NCBI GenBank assembly: GCA_043228905.1
Contig: JBHGNT010000001.1
Coordinates: 14,942,001 to 15,006,000 of the forward strand
Direction: 5' to 3'
DNA: 64,000 bases
Source: Azolla caroliniana
Taxonomy: Eukaryota > Plantae > Polypodiophyta
Each line of letters begins with the position of its first letter. Within the stretch, counting starts at the first letter, position 1. A model generated the notes under the pieces. That model saw only the letters and a program-made list of their open reading frames with translations, was not told the origin of the DNA and did no database searches. Positions 50,701 through 61,902 of the stretch are shown piece after piece. Position numbers and translations under genes: made by a program.

Positions 50701-51887
50701 TTCCGGCTTGATTGGTGTCGAGGATGAACATCCTCCCTTCACGGCGCCCTTGTGCGATAACTTGGCCTTCCTCTTCGATGTAGCACCTGAGGTGCGTGAA
50801 TCGAGCTTGCTTTCCCCGGTCGACGATCTAAACGACCGACACCAGGTTCTTGGTTCTTGTCGAGACGTGCAACATGTTCATGAGTTTCCCTTTCTGCCCG
50901 ACATAACTGAGGGGAACTTTGCCGACAAGTGCGATGGTATGCGGAGTGTCGTCTCCAGTTTCGACCACTCCTTGCTTTTCCGGTTTCTCATGTACAAGAC
51001 CCATTCCTCGTGACTCGTCATATGATTCGACAGTCCGGAATCAACATACCACACCTCGCTCGATTTCGAGGTGTTCACGGCCATCGAATTGGCCTTGTGC
51101 TTCATTACGATGGCTGGGCCCGATCCATTTCTAGTTCGTTCGGAGCCCTCGGCGTAGTGCGATTTTTGACGCCTTCCTACATCTCTTCCACTCGATCCGG
51201 CTTTGTCCGAATCGGCTCTCTTCTTCCAGCACTCCGACATTTCTATTATGCCACACGTTCTGCGCTTTTCGGCCGCCTCCATTGCACGTCGATCTGCCTC
51301 GTCCGCCACAACCACGGGTCCTATGTTCCTCCATGTACAACATCCTGTCGTCGACGTGCGTACTCATCAACGTTCTCCCTTGTGTAGACTGCTATTCGGA
51401 ATGCTCCGAACTTTGACGCTAACCCTCCAAGGCAAACCTGCACCATTTCTTCCTCCTTGACGTTCTCGTTGACGGAGGCGAGAGAGCTGCATATCTCCTT
51501 CATTCGGGCTGTGTAATCGGCCATAGAAAGATCTTTCTATCGGACATTGTTGACCTCCTTCCTGAGCTGCAGCTTCCTGGCCGTTGTGCTAATAGCGAAA
51601 ATCCCCTTGAGAATCGCCCACGCGTCCTTTAGTGTCTTAGCATGCCGAATGCAGCTCAAGAGCTGGTCGATCACATAGGACGCGAAGCAGTAAAGAACTC
51701 TCCTTGCCGCTTGTTCCCAAGCCGAAAAATCTTTGTGTGTTGATTCGGATGTTGTATCATTAGCTCCTTTGACATAACTCCAGTAACCATGACCAAGCAG
51801 GTACTGGTGCATCTTGTACGACAAAGATGCGTAGTTGCTCCTGTCGCGCTTCTCAGTCGGTAGCGAGCTTCCCATTCCTCTGTCCAT
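47800..51887 (-). pseudogene. copia I gag-pol, disrupted
   Basis: Same domain series as J on the minus strand. Confidence 0.9.
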
Positions 51888-53089
51888 ATTGTTGTCTTAT
51901 CCTTTCTGAAAACAATAACTTAACTTTGTCTTTATCGCAAGCTTTTCTGTCGGCTGTAGAGGAGTCTCAACCCTCGCGCTCTGATACCATGTAAAAGAAT
52001 ACGTGTGCAGAAGCATATGCGAAAGACACAGAGTACATGGTTCGGAAGTACGACAGTTCGGTAAAACGCAAAAATCACAAAGAAGGAGATGGAGAGACAA
52101 AGAGAGCAGAAAACGAAACTATATTAAAAAATAATTCTCTGTATGTTCTTTGTACATACTTCGTGCTCAATGAGCACCTTTTCTACAAGTTGTGACTCTT
52201 GGGCTGACACAAGTACTTATAGTACTTGACTGCTCATAAATGAGCATCCTACACTTACTCCCAAAATTATTCCTTACGAGTAATAACATTCTAATAGCCT
52301 CTCGGTTTACACACCGCCACCGCCATATTGTGTGTACGGTTTTACGCACCCAGTCTACACACTGGGTTACGCACCCGTTTATGCACCCAATGTTGAGCTT
52401 GTCTCTCAACATTAACACATGGCACGCCTGTGGGATAGTGCCCCGCATGGTAAACCAACTCGCCATGGCACTTCTTCTCGACCGGAACTCTATCAGTCGT
52501 CTCAATGGTCGGAAATCCCTCGACCGGATCACAGCTCTACAATCGATAACTTCGATCAAAGCTTGCTTGGCTCAAACCTTCTTGTTCAGTCAGCACGTCG
52601 CGCGATTGGATCACACACCAATCGGCTCCTCTATTGTGGCATGGGTCGTAACATTATGTTGCGTGTTTGTGTATTTTCTCTATTGTCATATGAAGTGAGT
52701 TTCATATTTTGTACCCTTTGGTCTTTAAAATTTTGCCCTCAAGTCTTTTTAAATTTTATTTTCTGCCTTGTTTTGGAAATTTCGTCTCATCTACCCTCGA
52801 GCTTTTGAAATCCATCACTATACCCTTGTCTCTTTTGAAATTCACTCTCATGCCCTTGTTTGTCTTTCTTCTCTCCTCTTTTGTTTCTTCGCTTTACTCT
52901 TTGTCTCGTCTGTCTCGATCATGTGCTCCTCCGTTGCTTCTTTCCTCGTCTCTCCTCACCTTCTCTCTTTCTACAAATGCTTTTTTTCTTGCTCTTCCTT
53001 TCTTCTATCTTTCTTCCTTCTTTTTCTTCTCTGTGTCTGGTGGCCGTCTCTGACTGCCAGTCCTGTCTATCTTGCGGCCATCTCTCTAT

Positions 53090-53370
53090 CTAGTGGCCTC
53101 TCTCGGACGGCGCTCGGTTGACTCTCGGCTCTCAGTCGTCGTTTCTCCGGCATTACTTGGTCGTACTCTCGGCTGCGCATCTCAAATGTACTCTCGAACG
53201 TGCGTCTCGCTCGTACTCTCGGCCACGCATCTTGACCACGTGTCTCTGCCGTCTTCTCAGCTGCGCATCTCGGCCGTGCTCTCGGTTGTGCATCTCGGCC
53301 ATGCTCTCCGGCCGTTGGCCATCCCTGTGTGGTCATATGTCTCTATTGGCTGACTGTCCGGCTGTCTCTG
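53090..53370. repeat. degenerate GC-rich tandem repeats (unit about TCGTACTCTCGGCTGCGCATC) inside unit G
   Basis: Recurrent CTCTCGGC and GCGCATCTC motifs. Confidence 0.6.
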
Positions 53371-54754
53371 CAGCAGAAGTGGTTGTCTCTGTGATTGTCA
53401 AATGTCTTTGTCCGGCCGTCCGTCTGTTGGCTGTTGCCGTTCGCGCGGGTAACTATGCGTTTCTGGGACCTTCAAGCTTTGTCTATCCAGCGGTCGGCTC
53501 TGCCCATTGGCTGTGTAACTCTTTCTATGGCTGTCTCTTTCCTCGTCCTCCTCTTCTTGGTAGTCAGCTCTATGCTTGGTTTTGGTTCCTCACTCAAACC
53601 AAGGCCTTTTACAATTCTTCAATCCTCAAAGAGGGCTCCAATTGTAGATACCATAAGGAAGGCAAGCCCCAATCTCCTTACAATACACTAGAATTGTTGC
53701 TTCAAGCCACCCTCAAACAGAACCATATGAATGGGAGAAGAAGAACTTCTTAGAATGGTATGTTTTGTTGAACGAACCAACCAAACACTGCATTTTCCCT
53801 CCACCTCGAGCTTTTGAATCCTCTTGTAAAACACACAAAAATTTCATCTTATCAAGTGTATCAATCTTGACTATGGTCTTCACATAAAAATTATTAGGAC
53901 TGCAACATTGATGTGGATGACCCCTTTGTTATATTCTTTGAGAAGTGATACTTCAGCATCATCCACATTGTCTGTCACTCGTTTTGCAAATATGCAAATA
54001 TAGCCAGAGAGATCTCATCGCTGCCCAACTTCATATGTGGACTCGATGATAGGGTTTTCGCAGGAGCTACAAGGAGTAGAACTCGGATCAAGAAGGATAA
54101 CACACAGACAAAATCTCGAGGGCTTGATCAAGGAGCTATAATAGTGTAGGTGTTTGGAATGGGGAAAATAGAGAAAGCTCAAGAGAGGCTAGGGTTAGGG
54201 TTTTGCTAAGCAACATCAAGTCCAAATATAGTCAGAGAGAGGGACTTCTTCTGAAGGGAATAGTGTACAGATCTCACATACAAAATCCACGCAAAAACCA
54301 CTTTCTCTAACATAGATACTAACAAACACATAGAGAGGGTGACATATAGATTAGTGATGGAGAGGGAGAATGAGGGAGGGAGAGACTAACTTATTCTCAA
54401 GGGAGGGTTGGGCCCCCTCCCAAGGGGAATTACTTGTGACGGAGAAAGATAAAGAGAGAAGCAGAAAATGAGGGGAAAAAGCTATATCCATTACATGCCC
54501 CATAGGGGGTTTATATAATACATCAACGTAACGGTTACATGACCGTTATAAATAAGATCGTTACGTATTCTTGTACACATGCACATAATTGTGCATGTGT
54601 TCATACACATACTCATCCTCACACACTCATTCATATTACACATTACACACCTTAGACATTACACAGTGGGGGGTGAAGCCATTCTATGCTTCACCCCCCA
54701 CCCATTAACAGTTAGCCGAAGATGGGTGGCGAACGACTCTCAGTGAGTCAACGT

Positions 54755-55595
54755 TGTCGTGCCTTTCGGCTCCGGATCGTTGCGTGAGTCGGGTGGGAAC
54801 CGCTGAGGTTTTGGACTAGGAGAAAGAAGAATATGAACCTCGTGAATCCCACGAGTATAGTGTATTAATTGATACTTAGAAAGTAAGAGAGAAATAGATG
54901 GAAAAAAATCGTGAATCCCATGAATATATAAGATTGATCAAAATCCTTGTAAAATAATCAACAACCTCTATACATCTTTCTCTCTTCCTTATATAGTGTT
55001 GGAAGAGTCTAAGTTTATCACATGCAAGCATCATGCTTTTCCTATTTTTAGTTTTCATGCACACTGCATGTGCATGATTAGCTTTCTCTCTCATCTTTTC
55101 TTTTAACTCGAGTGTCTATGCATGAATAACTTTTTGTACCATGCACGTCTAGAAATTTTACATGGGATAAAGTTTAGTATAACTTTAAAATTCATAATAC
55201 ACAAGTATAATGATAAGGCTTAACATTATTAACATGGAGGTGCAAGGTTCGATTCTTGCCCTATGCATGTAATATATAATTTTATACTTTCTTCTATTTA
55301 CAAATATGTCTCTTCATCTGGTGAGAGACTCTCACCGGCCTTCTTCATCCGGCTCTTGCCGGTTCTGCTTCATCCGGTTCTCGACGGTTTTCTTTATCCG
55401 GTTCTTACCAGATCCTTCTTACCAGTCCTCTTTGTCCGTTTCTCACCGACTCTCACCGGCCTTCTTCATCCGGCTCTTGCCGGTCTCCTTACCGGTTTCG
55501 GTCCTCACCGGTTCTCACTGGGTAGGTACTCCATATCCTATCCGGAGAAACCAAAAATGCAATTTTTCACGTAGTGTGCGAATTACACTACGACA
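54755..55595 (-). repeat. solo LTR of the C/D gypsy lineage
   Basis: TGTCGT...ACGACA termini; the reverse strand resembles both ends of the C LTR. Flanks are ACGT/ATGT and the host copia F frame is contiguous. Confidence 0.88.
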
Positions 55596-56041
55596 ATGTG
55601 GATGATCATCTGGAGAAACCTAAAAATTAGAAACAGACACAAGTACAACAATTTGTATCCAATGATGGTAATCAATCCATAACGGGTCGTGAATGTAGCC
55701 GAAAAGACCGATCCAAACCTATGGCATGGCCGACTCAGCCATATGTCTCAAACTAGCCTAGATCAGCTAATGGCGGTTGGCTACATTCCAAAACTCCAAA
55801 TAAACACGGATTTCTTCGAGCATTGTCGCTACAGGAAACAGACCTAACGTCCGCACTCTCTCCATTACGAAATGGTACGACCCTTAGAGCTCGTGCATGG
55901 AGATATATGTGGGTCTATGCCTGAGACATCACTAGTAGGCTCCCGGTACTTCATCACATTTGTAGATGATTGTACATGGAAATTTTGGGCCTATTCGACT
56001 ATGTCGAAAGATGAACACTTGAGGTCTTCACTCGGTAGATA

Positions 56042-59000
56042 TGTAAAAGATTATGTGCAGAAGCAATAGAAAACCAAACACAAAGAAAATACGCAGGTTT
56101 AATGGAGAGCTTGAGTATACACAGTACGCGGGAGAGACAAAGAGAGAACACAGAGAACTCAATTCAAAATAATACTCAATCTATACATAGGATGTGCTCA
56201 GTGAACACTTTTATACAAGCCCTGACAATCGGGCTGACACAAGTACTGATAGTACTTGACTGTTCATAAGTGAGCCTCGACACTCACTCCCAAAATTATT
56301 CCTTTATGAGGAATATAAATCTAACGGCCTTTCGGTTTACGCACCATACGACCTTTCGTTACGCACCGGTTTGCGTACCAGTTTACGCATCTGTTTTACG
56401 CACCAATCCGGCCTAACCGATCGGTCCCAACCGATCCGGTACTCGGCTTGCACAGCCGATCCGGCCAATGTTGAGCTTGTATCTCAACACTCCCCCTCAA
56501 GCTCAACTTGAGGTTCCATCTACTCTTCCGGATCTGTGCTTCGGTTCCTTCTAGCTTCACGCCTCGCTCGTGCTCCTCGACCTGTTCGATTCCGTGCGCC
56601 TCTTCTGCTGCCTTCTCTTTCGCTTGGCCCTTGGTTGATTCAGCGTATCTGAAACAAACATCCGAACAGCTTCCTCCGATCGGTTTTCGCTCTCGTCCGA
56701 CTTGGCTGTCTCCAACTCGTCTTCGGTCTTATCGCTCTTGATGGCTTCATTTCCCCCACACTTGGTTGGCTTCGGCTCATCCTTTCGACTGCTCCCCTTA
56801 TGTCCGCTTTCGGACTTTTCTGCGAATCCGCCCTCGGCTTCTTCAGCCGATCCAAAATCGAATTCGTCATCCAACTCGGCGTCACGGTCTTCGTCTTCTG
56901 GAACTTCTCTCCCTCTTCCATGGTCATTCGGGACGTCTCTCCCCCTCAAGTTCGGCACGTCGAGGTGGCGCAACCCAAGCGCACTCGAGAATTGTCACAA
57001 CTTGTCCAGACCAAGAGGCTTGTTGAAGATGTCGGCGTTTTGCCGATCCGTCGGAACATACCGAAGGTCGACTTCACCGGAGAGTACGTGCTCGCGGACA
57101 AAACGATAGTGCACCTCAATGTGCTTAGTCCGGGTGTGGAAAATGAGCTTCTTTGCGAGCTAGATGGTGCTCAGGTTGTCGCAGTAGATTGGCGTTGGAT
57201 CGGATACCTCTACCTGCAAATCCTTAAGTAGCCGCTTTAACCATATGGCTTCGTATGTTGCGACAGCCGCTCCTCTATACTCGGCTTTGGTGCTCGACAG
57301 TGCAACTGTCAACTGCTTCTTGCTACTCCACGCGATCGCGGTACTCCCAAGAGAGAACACGAAACCAGACGTGGATTGGCGATCGCCGACGTTTCCGGCC
57401 CAATCAGCATCGGTGCAACCGACCAACTGCATGGTAGAATCGGTTTGATATAGTAGCCCCCGGTCCTTAGTGCCACCTACGTACCATACAATAGGGTGCT
57501 CCTCGGTAGGTCGAGCCATAAATTGAATAATCACCCCGACCGGGTACCTCAGATCTGGTCGAGTGATGGTAAACCGAACCGCACAATAGGGTTCTTCTAG
57601 CAGGTTGATCGGCGTAATTGCTCATTAGCCGATGTTGAGGCTTTCTTGGTTGACGCAGACTTCGGTCTCGAAAACCCGTCGTCACTTCCCTCGGAGTCGG
57701 ACTCGCGTCGATCCGACTTGTTCCTATCTGCGCCATAATCTGACACCTTCTTCTTCCCTTTTTCTTTGCGCGTAAGCCGTCTCCTCAGCTTCCTGCGCGG
57801 GGAATGCATGGCCGAGTCTCCAGTACTCGCCGGCTCTTCATCGGACTGGTCGAACTGACTCAGTCGTCCATTTGGTCCGCTTAAGCATACCGAAGTAAGA
57901 CTCTCTTCGCGGGTCCTGATTTCAGGCTCATCCGGAGGCACCTCGGCCTCACTGACCTGTTTGGTGCATGGGTTATAACATTTCTCGTCTGAATAGCCGA
58001 CCAAGATACACTTCTCGACTTTCGCGTCCAACTTCCTCCTTTTCTCCTTCGGTATATGCACATACGCAATGCTATCGAAAACTCTCAAGTGTCGTAGATT
58101 CAACTTCCTTCCGAAATACTGCTCATGCGTCGACACTTTTTCTCCGATCCGATTATGGATGTATACCGTGGTTCGTACAGCCTCGGCCGAATAGAACTTG
58201 GGCATGCTCTTTTCTTCTAGCATTGCCCACGCCGCTTCCACAATCGACCGATTCTTCCTCTCGGCCACACCGTTTTGCTCCGGCATATATCTACAACTGA
58301 AATCGTGCCGAATTCCCATCTGTTGCAAATAGCCATTGAATTGACCGGAAAAGTACTCTTTTCCGCCATTTGACCGTAGGCACTTGATCTTTCGTCCTGT
58401 TTTCGTTTCCACAAACCCTTTAAGGTCCCAGAAACAGTCGAAGACTTCACTCTTCTTCTCAATGAGGTAGATCCACGTGTGCTGTGTATAGTCGTCGATG
58501 AAGGAGACGAAATATCGACTCCTGCCAAGACTAATGTTGTGTGCCGGCCCCCATACATCGGAATGTATCAAGTCAAGCTTGTTCCAGCTCTGGTTATGCT
58601 CATTAGGGAAGGCAAATCGGTGTTGCTTCCAGAGTTGGCAGACTTCACAAATTTGTGCCTTTCGGCCACTAAATCTGTGCAATTCAAACACCACATGTTT
58701 CGATTGCAGGTCCTGAAGCCGTTGATAGTTGACGTGGCCTATGCGCTTGTGCCATAACTCGATGTCCGACTCGACTTTTTGTCCTTTCGCGAACATTGCG
58801 GTGCCACCATCAGTAGAGTCGAGGATAAATATCCTCCCGTCTTTGCGCCCCTGCGCAATAACTTGGCCTTCTTCCTCGATGAAGAACCCGAGATGTGTAA
58901 ACAGGACTTGCATCCCCTGGTTGACGATCTGCCCGACCGACACCAGATTCTTCGTGATTGTTGGGACATGCAACACGTTCATAAGTTTCCCTTTCTGCCC

Positions 59001-60684
59001 AACATGGCTCAAGGGAACTTCACCGACATTCGCGATTGGATGCGGAGTGTTGTCTCCGGTTGCGACTACTCCCGGTTGCATTGGTTTTTCCAGGTACGAG
59101 AACCACTCTGTGTGGCACGTCATGTGGTTTGACGCGCCGGAGTCGACATACCACACGTCGTCCGACTTCGGGGTGATCTTCTTCATCGAGTCTGCTTCTT
59201 GTCTCATCACGAAGACTGACCCTTTTTCGGCTTTTCCGGATTCTTCGGTATAATGCGATCGCTGCCGATTTCCTTTATCGATCTGTCCGGACCTTGATCC
59301 AGATCCGGTTGTCTTCGAATCGGTGTGCTTTTCCCAACACTCGCTCTCCCTGTGGCCTTTCTAGCCACAGTACCAGCATTCCGTGGCAGATTTCCCTTGC
59401 CGGTCCTCGTCGTCTCGATTCCCCCTGATTCCAGAGGGTCCGGAATTGTTGTCGGCATCACTTCAGTGCCTTCTACCTCGTCCATTGCGTACCGACTCAC
59501 CTCGTCCACCACGACCACGGGGCCTATCTCTCTCCGTGTACAACATATTGTTGTCGGCATGCGTGCTTGTCGACGTACCCGCGTGGTTCTCCTCTATAAG
59601 GAGCATTGACTGTAAGTCGAAAAACGACTGCGTATTCTCCCGTGTACACACAGCAGTTCGGAACGCTCTAAGCTTCGACGCCAATCCTCCAAGACAGATC
59701 TGCACCATCTCGCCTTCCTCGACGTTCACATCGATGGAGGCTAAAGAGTCACATATATCTTTGATCTTCGAGGTGTATTCGGCCACCGACAAGTCGCATT
59801 GTCATAGGTTGCTCAGCTCATGTCGGAGTTGAAGCTTCCTGGCTATAGTGCTTGTGGCGAAAATATTCTTCAGATTGCCCCAAGAATCCTTTGGTGTTTT
59901 CGCATCCCGAATGTAACTTAGGAGTTGTTCGCCCACACAAGACGCGAAGCAGTACAATACTCTGCTCGCCGATTGTTCCCATGCCGGGAAATCTTTGTGT
60001 GTTGATTCGGGTGCTATGTCATTTTCTCCGTTGACATAGCTCCAGTAATCGTGCCCGAGCAGGTACTGGTGTATCTTGTAGGACGAAGATGCGTAGTTGT
60101 TTCTATCGAGCTTCTCCGTCGGAAGTGAGCTAGCCATGCCTCTATCCATCGGTTTCACCTATTCTTCTTGGTTGGTTTTTCTTTTCAAACTATGTTGGCC
60201 GCAAAGGTTCTCAACCCTCGCGCTCTAATACCATGTAAAAGATTATGTGCGGAAGCAATAAAAAACCAAACACAGAGAAAATACGTAGGTTTAATGGAGA
60301 GCTTGAGTATACACAGTACGCGGGAGAGATAGACAGAGAGAACACACAAAACTCAATTCAAAATAATACTCAATCTGTACATAGGATGTGCTCAGTGAGT
60401 AGTTTTATACAAGCCCTGACAATCGGGCTGACACAAGTATTGACAGTACTTGACTGCTCATAAGTGAGCCTCGACACTCACTCCCAAAATTATTCCTTTA
60501 CGAGGAATATCTCTCTAACGGCCTTTTGATTTACGCAACGATACGACCTTTCGTTACGCACTGGTTTGGGTACCAGTTTACGCATCTGTTTTACGCACCA
60601 GTCCAGCCTAACCGATCTGTCCCAACCGATCCGGTTCTTGGCTTGCACAACCGATCCGGCCAATGTTGAGCTTGTATCTCAACA
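56042..60684 (-). mobile_element. copia K (family 2), internally deleted (RT missing)
   Basis: LTRs 56042-56489 and 60234-60684, PBS 60222-60233 and perfect TSD AGATA. The integrase tail is joined to RNase H near 57572. Confidence 0.94.
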
Positions 60685-61902
60685 AGATAACTGAAGTGGA
60701 GAACCGACCTGGATAAAGAGTGGAGAGAATCCGATCTGAAAATGGAGGAGAATACACCTCCCGAGCATTCAAACCATGCATGTCCGACAAAGGGATCCGG
60801 CATCAAAAAACCGTTCCATATACACCCATGCAGAATGGAGTGGCCGAATAGATCAACAAAACGATCCAAGAGAGGGTGACGATAATGTTGCAACAAGCTG
60901 GATTGAAGTTGGAGTTCGGGGTTGAAGCATTGCAGATGATAATATATCTGATCAATCTATCGCCATCAAAAGTAATCAGGCTTGAAGTGCCACAAGCACT
61001 ATGGTCATGAATCAACCAACCTACAATAGGCTCCGTATATTCGGGTGCGAAGCCCACACGTTCATCCCTAGGGAGAAAAGAACAAAGTTGGCACCCCATG
61101 CAACGAAATGCATATTTCTCGGCTATGGAACCGATGGGGAATTCGAAATAGGCTTTGGGACCTAGAGAACCAGGAATTAATCCGGAGTAGTGACATAGTC
61201 TTCAATGAAGACTCTATTCTCTCTACGAGGAATAGAAAAAGATAGTTGGTAAGAAGGCCTCCTTTGAAGCCGATAGAGACATCGTAGAAAGTCCAACCCA
61301 CCGGGCCGACTGAGAGATTCGATAAACAGTTGAACTCGACCAAGCTGATAACACACCCGCCGACTCTGAATCGGTAGGAGGTCCACTAGTCGAACTCGAA
61401 GACAAAGCCATCAAAAAAGAAAAAGGCAAAGTCAACAATGTGCAAGCTGGAAACGACAGAGTCCACCCGACCGACTGACCCAAGGCCAAAGGGAAAAACA
61501 GAACCGAGAGGAAGAAAGAAATTACCTTGGAAATGGGTATTCCAATTCAAATATGTATCTGACTCAGAGAAGCCCAAGTACAAAGCTTGGCTCATTGCGA
61601 AGGGATTGAAACAGGAACACGGGATCGACTACGACAAGATATTCTCTCCAGTGGTCAAGATGACCACCCTTTGGCTCTTGCTCTGGGTTATGGTGATAGA
61701 AGACCTATAACTCGAGCAGATGGACGTAAAGACGGCATTCCTACACGGGGATCTGGAAGAAGACATCTACATGTCTCAACTAGCAAGCTTCACGGCGTCA
61801 AGGGAGGAAGCTCACCTCGTATGTCAATTGAAGAAAAGCCTTTATGGCTCATAACCAACATCGAGGTTGTGGTACCACAAATTCGACTCCTACATTTGAC
61901 AA

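Larger units (their letters stand above)
41251..52411 (-). mobile_element. copia I (family 2, diverged subfamily); its 3' LTR is split by J
   Basis: LTRs 41251-41392 plus 47026-47293, and 51990-52411. PBS 51978-51989, PPT 47294-47304, TSD GTAAC/TTAAC. Confidence 0.93.
33991..54710. mobile_element. non-coding inserted unit G (own sequence 33991-34295, 41231-41250, 52417-54710; about 2.6 kb)
   Basis: Termini TGTTAATGGGT...ACCCATTAACA, perfect TSD GTTAG (33986-33990, 54711-54715), diverged direct-repeat arms and no recognisable TE protein. Confidence 0.8.
32440..61902 (+). mobile_element. Tork-like copia F, outer host of nest 2 (pieces about 32440-33990, 54716-54754, 55600-56041, 60690-61902); 3' end lost
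   Basis: The LTR ends at 32723 and PBS TGGTATTAGAGC is at 32726-32737. The protein reads across each insertion (SI.GML|AEDGWRTTLSEST|WMI; LWHGRLSHMS; RIRSENGGEY; [11 protein letters not shown]). Confidence 0.85.

Noticed and set aside
52167-53753. Several 100-210 aa ORFs inside unit G, some hydrophobic (env-like?)
   Set aside because: They are overlapping translations of CT-rich and tandem-repeat DNA with no domain signature.
54666-54710. Helitron 3' hairpin
   Set aside because: The end is CA with a 5-bp TSD and an inverted partner terminus, not CTRR at an AT site.
55215-55265. tRNA T-arm/B-box-like GCAAGGTTCGATTCTTGC in the solo LTR (similar motif near 35985)
   Set aside because: No acceptor stem, D-arm or A-box is evident, so there is too little for a tRNA or SINE call.
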